Origin: Eledone cirrhosa
Taxonomy: Eukaryota
Direction of reading: 5' to 3'
DNA length: 64,000 nt
Assembly (NCBI GenBank): GCA_964016885.1
Contig: OZ024743.1
Span: 247,070,001-247,134,000, forward strand
Shown here piece after piece: positions 13,320 through 26,641 of the stretch; the stretch's first letter is position 1; each line of letters starts with the position of its first letter. The notes under the pieces were generated by a model. That model was given only the letters and a program-made list of their open reading frames with translations. It searched no databases and was not told where the DNA came from. A program made the position numbers and the translations under genes.

Positions 13320-13600
13320 GGTGTGTGGTTTAATCATAAGGTCATGAGTTTGATTTCTAGTGGCACATTTTTTCAATCAGCAAGACACTTTATTTCATGT
13401 TATTCTAGTCTCTGGTCAGCTGACAAAAATGAGTTGTACCTGTAATTCAAAGGGCCAGCTTGTGTCAGCTGAATCTCTATTTTAAGGATGCATGTACCAG
13501 TGAAATGTTCAACTGCTTGCATGTTAATTTCATGGATAGGTTGTTCCATTGTTTGAACAACTGGGATACTCATTGTCAAAACTGACTGAGGTCCAATAAT
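13320..13600 (+). mobile_element. tRNA-derived CORE-like SINE. Other copies about 10740-10985(-), 21700-21820(-), 29960-30090, 31550-31890, 34917-35110, 37730-38012(-), 54625-54740
   Basis: tRNA-like head (clearest at 34917), gcaagacactttatttcacgttgct core, and body cctgtaattcaaagggccagc...gctgaatctc. Confidence 0.7.
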
Positions 13601-13644
13601 TATAGAGTACAGTTAGCAGTAGATATTTAGATAGTATTTATTTA

Positions 13645-13920
13645 TGGTGTCCTTGGCTCCAGGACCACCTCCCTAGTCATCACCAGCGGCATAGAGTTGG
13701 CTACCTGCAGGTGTAAGCCTTGCAAACTGGAATGGCTCTTCCACCGTGTCTCCCTCACTATTCTCCGGGGCAGCGTCTTCTCTATTCTCTATTCTGCCAA
13801 GACTGCGGGGCAGCCAGTGTGTGGGCCCCTATTTGCTTATAATAGTGAAAGATGGGGAGGGCGGGAGAGACAGAGGCAGTGAGAGTGGCAGTTTGGTTCA
13901 GTTGTGTTCGAACCTGGTAT
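13645..13920 (+). mobile_element. CRE-clade retrotransposon 3' fragment
   Basis: Encodes LEWLFHRVSLTILRG followed by the 3' UTR shared with 32400-32520. Confidence 0.75.
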
Positions 13921-16044
13921 ATATCATCATAATCATTTTACGTCCGCTTTTCCCTGCTTGCAAGGGTGGGACAATATATGTATATATTTATTTACCGCAC
14001 CATATTAAATGTATAAAACAGCAATAATTAAGTGACTAATTTCGTGTTGTAATGCAGAAAGATATTTTTCTCTCCTCTCTTCGGCATGTGACCAACTAGA
14101 AAGAAAATTATCATCTAATTTTCCTTTCATTTTTGTTTCATTTAAATCAACGATAATACAGCAACTCCTCATTTAAGAATCAGATTCTGTTCCGATTTGG
14201 TCATAAAGCGAATTGGTTGGTTAATTGTGAATAGATTTCATCCCAAAGACATGGTCATAATATATTTTTAGGTATTGTTTTAATGTCCTGTGACAGGCAA
14301 GAGGTTCAACAAGCGTATAAAAGCTACCAAGTATCAGTTTATATTAAATGGATTATCTGAATAAAGAAATTCATAAAAAAATCGAACTGAAACACTATCT
14401 TAGTAGCTGTAAATTTGTTTTATTTAGCAAAACTCTTACAGACAGGAAAAAATATTTGGAATGTAAAAAAAAAGTATTTGTTGGATAAAAAACATACACA
14501 AATATATAACATAAAACTATAAAAGTACATAACATAGAAATAAGTGTACCCCAAAAATTAACTGTTGTAAGTGTGAATGGTTGTTAAACCAGATGGCCAT
14601 TAAGTATGAAATGGCTGTTATTTAAAATTCAGATACTCATTTGGTAAGTTTTACTATGCTATTAATATGAATGTTATGAGACTGATTTAGATATAAGTTT
14701 CTAGTAAACATTCAGCGATCTTAAGTATTAATCAGTATCTTCTTCATATCCATACTGTATAATTAAAAGAATCTAGTTTCTGTGTAGATTTTAATTTTTT
14801 TTCAACAGCTATGCACTGTAAACTAATGTCATTTCCGATTAAACCCATCACAACCAAGTGTGTGTATGTGCATGTGTGTGCGCGCACACTTGGGATATAT
14901 ATATATATATAATGGCAGCAAACCTTGCTAAGAGTATTGTAATCGCTTGTCAGATTATAGAGTTTGGTGCACTTTTAGGCTACCACCAGCTACACAAACT
15001 TGTAGAATATCCTGAACAAGCAATACCTGTGCTATGAAGGTGTTTTAAGTGAGGAAAGGCCTTGCACTCAACCAATTCTACTCTCTGAGCATCAAAAACA
15101 CTACCCGAAAAGAAGTCAACATCATCGGATGCTTCCGAAGCCTCAGGTTCTTTTTCAGAGTTTCCCTCTCCTAGAAAGGTGTTGTGATAACAACTGGGGG
15201 CCTTTCACTCGCAGGTGAAAAAAAACAAAGAAAACTAACATTTGGATGGCCGTTGACTCTGCTGAGTTCCTCCGCCCTTTGCTGGGTCTTGTATTTCCTA
15301 TCACAGGGTGTCCAAATATCACCCTCCTCACCAAGCTAGTTTGGTAGGGTTGCCAGTTTAGTCGCAGACAACTCGACCATGAGACGGATTGTACTGGGTT
15401 ACATGTTACCAGTAGCACCCGAGAGCAACCTGACAATATATATACATACATAAATTCATACTTACCTACATACCTACATTTAAATATAAATTTGAAAGCA
15501 GAGGCAATGGAGAGAAGTTCCAGCCAGATCCTGTCAACCATATCTCCATACAGTTTAAATACACAAGTCTGAATGTGGTCTGGCCCCTTTAGAGTGTAAG
15601 AAGTTAAGGGCTGAAACACTTGTTTGAGAGGAGGTTTCTACTCTGAAGACCTTCTGTTGTCCAGGTCTACTGAGTGTTTCTTACCACATAGCTACAAACA
15701 TGAATATATTTCAATCAATCACATCCCCACGACTGGTGTAGCCAATTGTTGGGGTATCACTCTAGACACTTAATTGCATGTCTATCACAGCAATCCTTAA
15801 TTGCATGTCTATCCTTAGAAATGATTGGCAGTGCCCGTCTCCTCTCTAAGTGTCTAGTCCCTCTAAGTTTAGCCTGCCAGTGAAAGCAGTTGTCAGGGAG
15901 GAGCTGAAAAATGTCCTAGAATCATGTGAAACTAGTGTACCAATTTCTCCCTAAAGTGGCAACTGCTGGACATCAAAGTATTTTCTCTACTCAAAAACTC
16001 AGGTTTCAGGATGTCTCTTTAAATCCTAGTTAATGGTATGTTTG

Positions 16045-16340
16045 GTATTGCAATAATGGTTCTTTAAATCACTTCACTCTATTTTCAAGGTAACTTTAGA
16101 TAATGCTATGTCAAGTATTGAAAAAACGTTTCTTTAAATCGTCTCACTCTACTTTCAAAGAAACAGTGGGTAAGAGTACATCTGGTTTGGGAATAGTGCT
16201 TCTTTAAATCTTAGATAACGATACATCCAGCATTGAATTAATGCTTCTTCAAAATAACTTCACTTTACTTTCAAAGGAACAATATGTTCAATGTTGGAAA
16301 AAAACGTTTCTCTAAATCGTTTCAGTCTACTTTCACGAAC
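16045..16340. repeat. Degenerate tandem repeat (about 60-70 bp unit), followed by a TG/TATG microsatellite at 16353-16460
   Basis: Recurrent ttctttaaatc...cactctactttcaa blocks. Confidence 0.55.
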
Positions 16341-16370
16341 ACACTCACACCTTGTGTATGTGTATGTGTA

Positions 16371-16403
<33 letters not shown>

Positions 16404-17082
16404 GGGTATGTGTATGTGTGTGTGTGTATGTGTATGTGTGTGTATGTGTGTGTGTGTTTGTGTATTTGTCTCTTTCACACATATGCCAGTATATTTCAAT
16501 TGAGTGGCTTCTAAATATTTTACACTTCCTTATCATACTGCCAACTGAATGAATCAACTGGATGAGAGCCAGTTGTTTTGTTATATATATATATACACAC
16601 AACTCCAGCCTTTCTCGATTATTTACTTTCATTGTCCTGTTAGACGTCTAGATTAATGTTTATTATTGATCATTAACTTAGCACTCAACCATCTGTGTTT
16701 AAAGAGAATAAAATATTTTGTGGGGAAAGTATTTATAGATTGAACTAGAAAGTTGCAGTTTATAGAAAGATTTTCAATAGCTGGTTTGATAAGGAATGAG
16801 ATTAAGAAATTTTCAAAGAACAATGGCCTTGTAATTGACAGGATGTGATGTATGAAAGTGAATACAGTTTCGTGGCAAGTCCTGAGTAACAATAAGTATA
16901 ACTATACAAGCTGTGTAAGATTCAAAATACTGAAAGTGTTGTCAGGCAAAGGAATTAAATGTAGCACAAGTTAAGTATTTCTTAGATAATTAGAATGGAA
17001 TGTGGAAAGGTAGTTATTAATTATACTGTTATCAGGCAGCAAATCACGTAATATGCTGGAAGACAGGAACTATTTCTTGCAA

Positions 17083-17395
17083 TAATGGTTTCTGATTTAG
17101 GCACAAGGCCAACAATTTTGGAGGCGGGAAAAGTCAATTAAATTGACCCCTGTATTTTTACTGGTGGTTTATTTTATCGACCCCGTAAGGATGAAAGGCA
17201 AAACTAACCCCAACGGCATTTGAACTCAGAACGTAAAGGGCCGTAACTCTATGTCATATGGTTTCTGATTTCGGCACAAGGCCAACAATTTTTGGGGAGC
17301 AAAAGTCAATTAAATCGACCCAAGTGCATTACTGGTGCTTTATTTTATTTAAAACACGATGCCTGACACTCTACCGATACTGCCAATCCACCACC
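17083..17395 (-). mobile_element. Two adjacent copies of the abundant tRNA-derived SINE. Further copies about 2260-2460, 4490-4710, 20830-20980, 30150-30375, 30800-30920, 33645-33740, 52890-53070, 53440-53640, 59360-59560
   Basis: ggcacaaggcca.caattttg...actggtactttattttatcgacccc...ggatgaaaggcaaa...tttgaactcag; B-box GAGTTCAAAT on the sense strand. Confidence 0.85.
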
Positions 17396-18032
17396 CTATT
17401 TCCTGCAATAATAAAAAGATGAAAGCTCATCTAGTATGGACCAGACGTGTATTTCACCATGGCTCCCTATCTAAAATCATTCTTTAGGAGGGTGAAGATG
17501 AGGCAGACAAAAAAAATCTTGGTCTGACATCAGAAACTGGAAAAGTCTCAACACTGATACTTCTGCACATGACAGGAGACAGGGATCAGGAGTAATTACT
17601 GAGCATCAATTATGGAAGATGATGATAATGATGATGATCTTCATATAGCTACATCTGATGTTTGTTGTTGGACTAAAAAGACTGGACTCTGGATTCAAAA
17701 CATTTTACTTCTTTATTTAGTCCAGTAAAAAAGGATCACAAAGCATTTTATAAGAATTGATATTGTAATTAGTTTTTTGGGAGGGAAAGTTAAGATAACT
17801 CAACAAATTCTATTTCTAGTTGGAGAATATTAACTAAAGCTTAAAACTTCTTTGCTGATAACCTTCAAGATTAATGTGTCAAACTTTTACTGTGTTCTAA
17901 TATTTAAAAAAGAAAAAAGCTTGAAGAAGAAAAATACATTACTGTTCCTTATTTCATTTTGTTTTATTTATTTTGAGATAATAAATTAAAAATAAAGGAA
18001 GAGTAATTTTTTTTCATTTTCTAAATTTTCAG

Positions 18033-18135
18033 AAAAATTTGACAAGTCTCTATCGTGTAAAGTTGAAACGATCTGCCAGCGCAGTTGTTCCAAAGAAACA
18101 AAATATGAAGAATACCAGCAGACCCAAGAGTGCAG
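18033..18135 (+). CDS. Gene 1 exon 6 (KNLTSLYRVKLKRSASA...SRPKSA)
   Basis: aattttcag|AAA...GCAG|gtttag; phase 0 in, phase 1 out. Confidence 0.75.
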
Positions 18136-19505
18136 GTTTAGAAGATTTCTATATTTTACTCTTTTCATGTTCTAACCGTTGATAATTGAAAATAATAGAT
18201 ACTTCAGTAGCAAGAGCCAGCACCTAGGTATTTAACACTCTACACTAGCCCCACAATGAGAGCCCCATTCTCCCAGTTATGTGTGCTATTCTCCCAAATA
18301 AAATAATTTCATCTTACAGTTTGTCAAGTTGAGAAACCTAGTTTTTGACACTTCTGCTCTAATCATACTAAGAAAATGACTAAGCCTACATTTTTCACTG
18401 CACAGTCCACATTCACTCATGCTTTGGATATATCCACAATGCTGCTGTGTGGCTAAAATGTTTAATGATTAATTTATTCATCACAGGAAATTATTATATA
18501 TCTAATTTAATTATACAAACTTGTATAAAACTATGATCCTTTAAGGTTCAGTAATGTGCACCTTTGAGGTCTGTACTCTAGGCAGCTGCCTAGTTTGCTT
18601 TAATGGTACCTCCAGCCCTTTATAGATGGTTAGCTAGCTAGCTACCCATTGATTCGTTGATGATGTTGCCTTTCTCCATCATATATATCAACGATACCTC
18701 TCATGAATACACCTCTGATGGTAGTGCCAGTCCTGAAACAGTCAGTTTGGATCACTAATAAAATCCAAATTTGGATCACAAAGGAAAAATATTGATAATT
18801 TCAGTTACAGAGTTGCCCATAAATAGCTTTACCATTTAAAAATTTAATATCTTTTTTTTATGAATAATTTATTTTTTTAAATGTTGATAGAAGAAAAGTT
18901 ATTGCATTTTTAAATGGTAAAGTTCTTTATCGGCCACTCTGATTTATCTATTTTTCTAAATTCATATCTATATACAAGCACTACAGGATTTAATCAAAGC
19001 TATGAGAAATGTGAGTAAACAGAACTGGCACTCCCATTAAGACATGCTAAATAGCCACCTCTGATGCAGATCTCAGAGAGGCACATTACTGAAGTTTAAA
19101 GAATTATAGTTTTGTATAAATTTGTATAATTAAATTAAATATATAACAATCACTAAACATTTTTATCATAGAACAGCATTAGGAAAACATCCAAAGCAGT
19201 GGAAAGGGGAGCATGTTGTTATGACCTGTGATATGATTTGGCATGGTTGGGTGTGGAATGTGTAGTAAAAAATGAAAGCTTAGAAATTTCTTTGTCTAGT
19301 CAGAGCAAGAAGTGTTAAAAACTGGATTTGTCAGCTTACCAAACTGTAATGTGAAATTACTTTTATTTGAGAAAATGAGGTGCATAACTGGGAGAATAGT
19401 GTGCATTTTGTAAGACTAGCTTTGGCCCTAAATTCCCAGGCCTCAGCACTGTAAACATATCTTATTCTAAAACATAATTTTCTCATTTTCTTTTTTCTAT
19501 TCCAG

Positions 19506-19810
19506 TATCTTTTGGTCAAAAACAAAAGGAGAAACATAAAAACAGTAAACTTTGTATAGAAATGGATAATTCTCCTGTAATGGTGCCAAATACATCCCTG
19601 GGCAACAAACAAGTTGAACAGAAACAAAGTTTCAACATGAAGGAACCAAAGCAAAGAACTTCCATCAGCTTTTCCCCACATGTTATCGTGTTTCAGACTG
19701 AGTCTTTCATCAATGCAAGGAGACAGTTTCTGGATGGAAATTTGATGCTGAAGCGACTACATGAGTTAGAATCTAAACTAGGTATAGAAGAGAACAGTCG
19801 AGTCTTATAG
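19506..19810 (+). CDS. Gene 1 terminal exon 7 (V-SFGQKQ...EENSRVL*)
   Basis: ctattccag|TA, phase 1, in frame with ORF 19562-19810; stop TAG; AATAAA at 19975-19980. The seven exons sum to 1035 nt (344 aa + stop). Confidence 0.8.
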
Positions 19811-20499
19811 CTGTTTTATACACTGTAAATATATGTATATATAAACATTGTTAATACATAATTTAGAATGTAAGCTGGATATAGAAGAGAACAGTTGAGT
19901 CCTATAGCTGTTTCATACACTGTAAATATATGTAAAGCAGGAATATGGAAATGAATGATTTACATGTTGTCATGAATAAATGTTTTACCATGAAGACTTG
20001 GTTAAGGTTTGGTTGGTGTTATTTTGGGTAAGCTGAGTTATACACAAGAGCACATGGATAGCACATGAAAATGTCCTCAGCAAAGTGTTATTCCACTCCC
20101 ATTAATTTTATTATGATGAAAAGGCTATCAAAAGCAATGTTGGTCGGTACCAACAGAGAAAATGAAGGCAACTGTTTGTCTAAAATAAAGTTTCTTAATT
20201 TTGTCCATCTGATTTGAAAAGTGCACTTCAAATCTCTAAGGAATTTGTGGAATTCACATGGTTAGTAAAAGATAATCATGGCAAGTTGATGAAGCAAATA
20301 TTGTGAATTAGAGAAAATTTGTGTGTAGATGGATTGATATTGTCAACTGAATAATTAATGTAAATGTGAAAACAGATAAGATAAAGATGTGAGTGGGGAA
20401 GTTAGAGAGAGTAAGAGATAGACATCAACAGTTTTCTATAAGTGACAACTCTACAGTCCAGCCAGAGTCAAACTGTTGCTATCAAAATCTGCAACCAAG

Positions 20500-20666
20500 T
20501 GAGAGAAAGATAGATGGCAGTACCATCTTTTATACAAGATGATTTCCTGGTGTATTTGGTTATTTGAAGATGGCGTATTCTAAAATTAGTTATTTATGAA
20601 GATGGCGATGCATAAGATAAGAAAATGGCTATTGTTTTGGAGATAATAATAAACTAACTTGTAAGT
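20500..20666 (+). promoter_or_regulatory. Candidate promoter / non-coding first exon of gene 2
   Basis: Two YY1-type AAGATGGCG motifs (20567, 20599) followed by a consensus donor gtaagt at 20661. Motif-based inference only. Confidence 0.3.
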
Positions 20667-21050
20667 ATGTATGTATGGACTTATAACTCCTGAAGTTGTT
20701 GAGGTTCTGTAGTGACATATTACATTTCTTTGACCTTTTAAACCTGGCGAAGCCCATCTCTCACCGATTTTTTTTTTCCTGAGAAGGAAAAAGAGTGATA
20801 GAGGAAGTTAGAAAAAGATGTCGAGGAAAAATCGACTCCAGTACTGTACTGGCATTATTTTTACCAACCTCGAAATGATGAAAGGCAAAGTTGACATCGG
20901 CAGGAATTAAGCCCAGAATGTTGAAACGAATATGGTTAAGCATTCTCTTTGATGTTCTAACGACTCTACTAATTCTCCGCCTCCTATGGTTATATATGAT
21001 TTCACTACATATGTATATATACATTGTTAATAGTGTATATAGTATATACA

Positions 21051-21114
<64 letters not shown>

Positions 21115-21839
21115 CATAGTCTTTCTTGTACATTGTTTTTTTAACGATTATCTACAGTTTTATGTCTACGTTTTCAAGAAAAAAATATACGTATGACAAA
21201 CGAAACTTCAGGAGAAAAAAACGTAGGATTTGAACTCTGAAGCAAAGATCCTGGATCAACTACCGTAATGCATCTCTGACGCTCTAACAATTCCACAATT
21301 TTGCCATCCCGTACAGGTACTTTATTGACTCTGAAAGGGTGGAAGTCAAGGTTGATCTTGACTGGATTTGAGCACAGAACGCAAAGATTCGGAGCAAATA
21401 CCGCAGTGTTTTTGACCGAGTCTCTAAAGATTCTTCTAGTTTGTTCTGGTTAATATGAGGCTAAGCATTCGGTAAAATATTTTATTCATCAACATGGTTT
21501 GAAAAAAAGATGTCCTCCTTCTGATTATTAGAGCGATCTCCATTCTGAGATAAAATGTTATGCTTTATGCCATCGTATATATTTGCTGACAGCTTTAGCG
21601 CGAACTCTGTGTGCGCGCGCGCGCGCGCGTATGTGTGCGTGTGTGTGCGTGTGTAAGCGTGTGAGCGTGCGCGTGCGTGCGTGTGTTTGTGTCAGTTCCG
21701 GAGATGAGTATTCCAATTGTCTGAACAAGAGAACAGCCGGCTCGTGAAATTAACGTCGAAATAGCTGAACAGTTTACTGGCACGTGCACTCTTAACATAG
21801 TTCTCAATGATTCAGCATAACCCAGTTTGAGCGGTGTTT

Positions 21840-21960
21840 CAGCTGTGCCCCGCAGATAAAATGGCAAAAGTATTGCCGTGGAGAATGATACCTGCTGAAA
21901 CAGCCACTCCATCTCACGGAACTGCTGTCTTTCCGATTTTACGAAGGAAACCAGCAGTGC
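21840..21960 (-). mobile_element. Degraded CRE-clade 3' fragment
   Basis: EMEWLFQQVS, homologous to ELEWLFQRVS of the larger copies. Confidence 0.55.
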
Positions 21961-23321
21961 GGGACCAAGGTTTCGACGGTGACCGGTCCGAAAAGGAAGC
22001 GGCCGGTCAAGCCCCGGTATTTAGTTATCTTCCTCTCCTCTGCGTTGCGGTCAACGGTGGCGGTTTTGCTGCCGAAACGACAAGGCTGGAGGCGGAGAAC
22101 GAGACGCAACACGTCGTGTCCCAGATTAGGGATTTACCTCCTTCGAATGGGAAAGGGGCGCATACCCTCACCATGATCGAGGTCCGCTGGCTCCTTCTGG
22201 TGATACCGTTGAGAGCAGTGTGTCGGCGGCACTGGCGCGTGCTATGGTGGAATGATAGCGGGAGTGTAGAGTCTGTCGCTCCCTCTCCCTTTATTTCGTT
22301 GCTTAATTCCTTTTTTCTTACTCTTTCTTATTTTCCTTTTTTTGTTTCCGTATTGCCATGTATATTGTACTATAAATATATCCTATTTAAAGTATTGTTA
22401 ACTGTTAGCACCCTCTTGTACAAATGTAAGCCTTATGTCTCTGTTAATATTTGTTGCCTAATAATCTGGTTTGGAGATGAATAAAAAGTAGATTCAATTT
22501 ATTTTGTGGTTCGTTCTGCACTTTTTCACTGGAAAATATTTCCCAATATATTTTTACTTGTTTCAGTCAGTAGACTGTGACTATGCTTTGGTACCACATT
22601 GAAGGGATTTGGTCAGTCATATGAACCCAAGTATTTTTTTTTCAAGTCTGGTACTTGTTTTATCGACTTCTTTTGTCGAACCGATAAGTTATAGAGCAGA
22701 AACACATACACATACGCAAAGATAAATAGTGACACACATACAAGGGACTTCCATAAAATTTCCGTCTACCAAATTTCACTCACAAAGCATTGATCAATCC
22801 GAGGCTATATTTGAAGACTTGCCCAAAGTTCTGTGCGAGCTCCTTAACCATAATATGAAGTAAATTTTAAAGAAAGGTTTTTTCCCACATTTCCTCGTGT
22901 ATTCATTTTCAGTTTCAGCTACTCAGATACAGAAAGAGACCGATCGTCAGATCCAACCGCGGAAACTATGTTTCCACTGGTCTTTCCATTGCTTGTACCA
23001 TGTGTCAGTCGCAATTCCTATCAGAAGTGCCTCCACATTTCTGGGATTTAAATTCAGAACACACAGAGACAAGACAGATAGCTTTCCCTCACTACTGAGC
23101 AGCATTCATCCAAAACATCTACAAATGCCCAGATCGCGAAGCTTTCAATATCTTCCATATATTGAACTACAATCGATTTTTCTCACGCATTGCTAAATGG
23201 ATCTTCACTAACTTTGCATACCCTCAATAATGGTAGTTCTGGGAGTAGCATTATACATCCATCTTCCGACTTTACACCACAGGTAAATCTCCTCCAATTC
23301 TGCTGGCCAGGCATAAAAGTA

Positions 23322-26300
23322 AATGCCAATGTAGAAATATAGACGACACATATATATGTACATATATCATCACAGTATACCATATACCCTATCAACATAC
23401 TTAAATATGGAATGTTACGCGATGCCCCCCCCCCCACACACAGCCCCGGCGGACAGGATGGAGAAGGTGTTTCCCCGGAGGACGACAAGGGAGACGCGCT
23501 GGAAAAGCCACTCCAACTCGCGGGGTTCACGCCTGCGGCTGGCCAGCTCAGCGCCTGTGGTGGTGAGTAGAGAGGTAGCCCTAGGGCGGAGGACACCAGA
23601 AGTCTCCACTGCCAAGGTTACAACCGCAAACCTGTCGGAGAGCTACCAGTATTTGAGGAGTTTGGCCTCCTCAGCCCGACGTGCAGCAGAACCTGGGTTT
23701 GTCGCAGACTGCACCAGGTTGCGGCTGCAGAAAGTGTCGGTGCAAGTAGCATCCCAGACGGGGGGTTTGCTACTGCGGAACGGGAAGATGGTCATACCAT
23801 CTGGCCTTTTGCCGTCCCCTCGGTCCAGCCCCACCGGCTCGAGCTGGGAAGGGAAGTCCGCAGCGTCCAAGCCATGCTTTATGACCTCGTTGAGGGTAGC
23901 ATGGCATGGAAGGCGGCTGGCACGGTGGCGACAGGAAAGCGGGTGGAGGCCGAAAGAGTCCACGGTGGATCCGCATCGACATTGGTGTGGCTCGCAGATC
24001 CCCGCGTGAGCCTGCCTGATGCCAGGCTGCAGTGGGTGGCATCCCAAGTGCTTTAGGGGGTCTTGACGTCAACAGGGGGAGAAGGGGGAAGAACGTCTAC
24101 TGGGCTAAGTCTCAGCCGGTCCCACGTCTCACAGGCGGCCTCACGTTCTCAGAAATCAGAGGGTTCTATTGTGTTTTGAAGAACCCTGCTGACGAGGACG
24201 CGGCATGAGGTTACCGACGAAATGATACGCCGGCAAAGCCAGCGAGATTGGGGACCGGAGGCCAAGGCCGCCATATCTGATAGGTAAAGTGGCCTGTTGC
24301 CATCCAATGTCGTCGAACTTGACGTTGCATATCTCCTCGGCTGCTGCTCGGATACAAATATCGAGGTCAGCGAGGAGAGATGTGTGGGTGAAGCAGTTCC
24401 TCAACAGAAAAGAGCTGGGTGGCCGTCGATCAAGCCCAGTTGGCTCGTGAGAGTCTGGAGTTGTTGAAGCCTGGACCTGATGATGGAGCGGATGGCCGGC
24501 GGGTGGATCGGTGACCCGAGGATGAGGACATCCTCTTTGGGGGTCACCTGTACCTGTGGAGAATGGACCGCACGTCCGAGACGGGGGCTGAAAAGCTGAA
24601 AAGCTCTCAGCATCGTTGCTGTCATTCACCACCTCCGACTTGGCCGAGTTGACCTGGAGGCCGATTCCCGCCAGGGCAGGAACCACCGATCAACTTCTTA
24701 CCAGCAATCACTACCACTACCATTAACAAAAGGAAGCCAACTCCAGCATCAGTGACAAGAACAACACCAACAACAACAACACTTATGTTTTCAGGATTGA
24801 ATGACTCACCCCCAGCCACAAGGTCCTATGAGAAACTGCCAACATGTTTGCATGTGTGCGTGCTGAACTCTGGGTCTTTCCGCTGTGAACAACCCCGTTT
24901 TCTCCCCCCCCCCCCCCCACCTGGGGGGGGGGGGTATACATTCATCCATTCACTCATTCATTTGCTAACATTCTACCTTCTTGTGTGTCCACCTCCATGC
25001 ACCCCTTTGTTTTCTCTCTTGTCTTCTGACGCCTCTATATCTGATGTAGGATATGAGGCCCTCTTACCAGCACTTTCCCTTCCACCCACACACGCCAGCC
25101 ACTCACCCCTGATCCCGCTCGGTGTCCCAGTCCCTGGCCCCACGCCCCATCCCCCATCCTCCAAGCCGACACCTGCAGCACTTGCAGCACCACTAATAGA
25201 CGGAAGAGGGGCCGGAACTGTTCGGGTGCGGCTGCTTCCACCACCTCACCTGCGTTGGCTTGATACGTCGAGGTTCCAGTGCCTTCGCAGCGTGGAGATG
25301 CAGGAACTGCCTCTTCCCCGCGTCTGCCCAGCCACGGCCGTCTGGCACACCACCAGATGAGACAGCGAGCTTTCCTGACGCCCAAGCGTCGCTGGTCAAC
25401 ATCGCTCGGCTCCGGAAGATCCCACTCAGGATCCCGAGAGCGGCCCGGGTGCCGGTAGCCGATGCCCTCGCTTCCTCGATTGAGAGCGCACTGGACTCCA
25501 ATCGAGCCAGTGACTGGGAGTGACTCTTTTATTTCGCCCCACTCGCCCTCGGTCTCCCCAGATCTGGCGCTGACCGGGGCAGCCGGTCAACAGCAGCCTT
25601 CGTCAAGGCCAATGTTTCGTCCTTTGGGCAAGCACCCATTCCAAGCGTTCCTAGGGACGCCGCACACCCCACCCTCGGGAACCCCCAATCCTCCACACCT
25701 GAGGCCAGCGCCAAGCGTTTGCGTGACAGCGTAAATGCTAAACTAATCATGGGTGATGTCTCGGCCGCAGTCAGAGTGGTTGCCTCAGAGGACACTGTCC
25801 GCCAACCCACCGAGGAGGTCCTGGCTGCCCTGCGACTCAAGCACCCTGAGCCACCCGCTGATCTCAGACCCATACCCCCACCCGACCCCAACTTGCTCCT
25901 TGTTGATTCCGACTCAGACATCATGTATGCCATCAAGTCCTTCCCAGCTAGCAGCAGCGGAGCTGCTGATGGTCTCCGACCAGGCCACCTCAAGAAGCTG
26001 CTATCCCCCTCTCCTCTGAGGCCGGGCGCCGCCTTCTGAGAGCAATTGTGGAGCTCACCAATAGGCTCATCCATGGCACCCTGGACCCTCACGCCCGAGG
26101 CCTCTTTTTTTCGGCTAGCCTCACCGCTCTCAGGAAGAAAGAGGGTGGCATACGCCCCATCGCTGTGAGCAATGTCTTCCGGAGGCTGGCTGCCAAGGGG
26201 GTCTGCAGGTCCATAACACCCGAACTGGGTGAGGAGTTCAGTCCGGTGCAACTGGGTGTCGGCGTGTCCAGTGGCTGTGAGGGAGCCTCTCATGCAATCA

Positions 26301-26641
26301 GGCAGTTCTTCAACAGCTGCCCACCAGAACCAGCATTCAGGAACTCCAGGCACCTCCTTGTCAAGCTTGACATAAGGAATGCCTTCAACTGCTTACGCCG
26401 GGACCATCTGCTCGATGCCTGCCTCAGCCGAGCCCTCTCTGCCTACCCGCTGGCCTACCTGTCGTATGGAGCCCCGAGCATGCTCCTTGCTTCTGATACG
26501 GTCATACCTTCGGCTACTGGGGTCCAACAGGGCGACTCTTTGGGACCCCTCCTGTTTGCCCTTGGTATAGACCACATCGTCCGGAGTATCACGGCCCCTC
26601 TCAACGTTTGGTATCTGGATGATGCTACGTTGGGCGGGCCC
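23322..26641. mobile_element. CRE-clade non-LTR retrotransposon with inverted 5' half (3' half on -, 24688->23322; 5' half on +, about 24690-24900->26641)
   Basis: RT motifs GIRPIAV, RRLAAK, QLGVG, KLDIRNAFN, GVQQGD and WYLDD on +. ATLPIRYGGLGL, C-x-C...H...C zinc motif and RPDG...WDATCTDT...K..KY...VETSG restriction-like endonuclease on -. TSD ggcataaaagta at 23310-23321 and 26642-26653. Confidence 0.9.

Noticed and set aside
16260-16632. ORFs with VC/TH/YI/D runs (also 20761-21196, 34348-34650, 39207-39575)
   Set aside because: They are translations of microsatellites.
21960-22490. ORF 21834-22484, or an LTR-element remnant
   Set aside because: The GC-rich segment looks repeat-derived, but I could not identify a domain, termini or TSD. 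The ORF runs across unrelated sequence.
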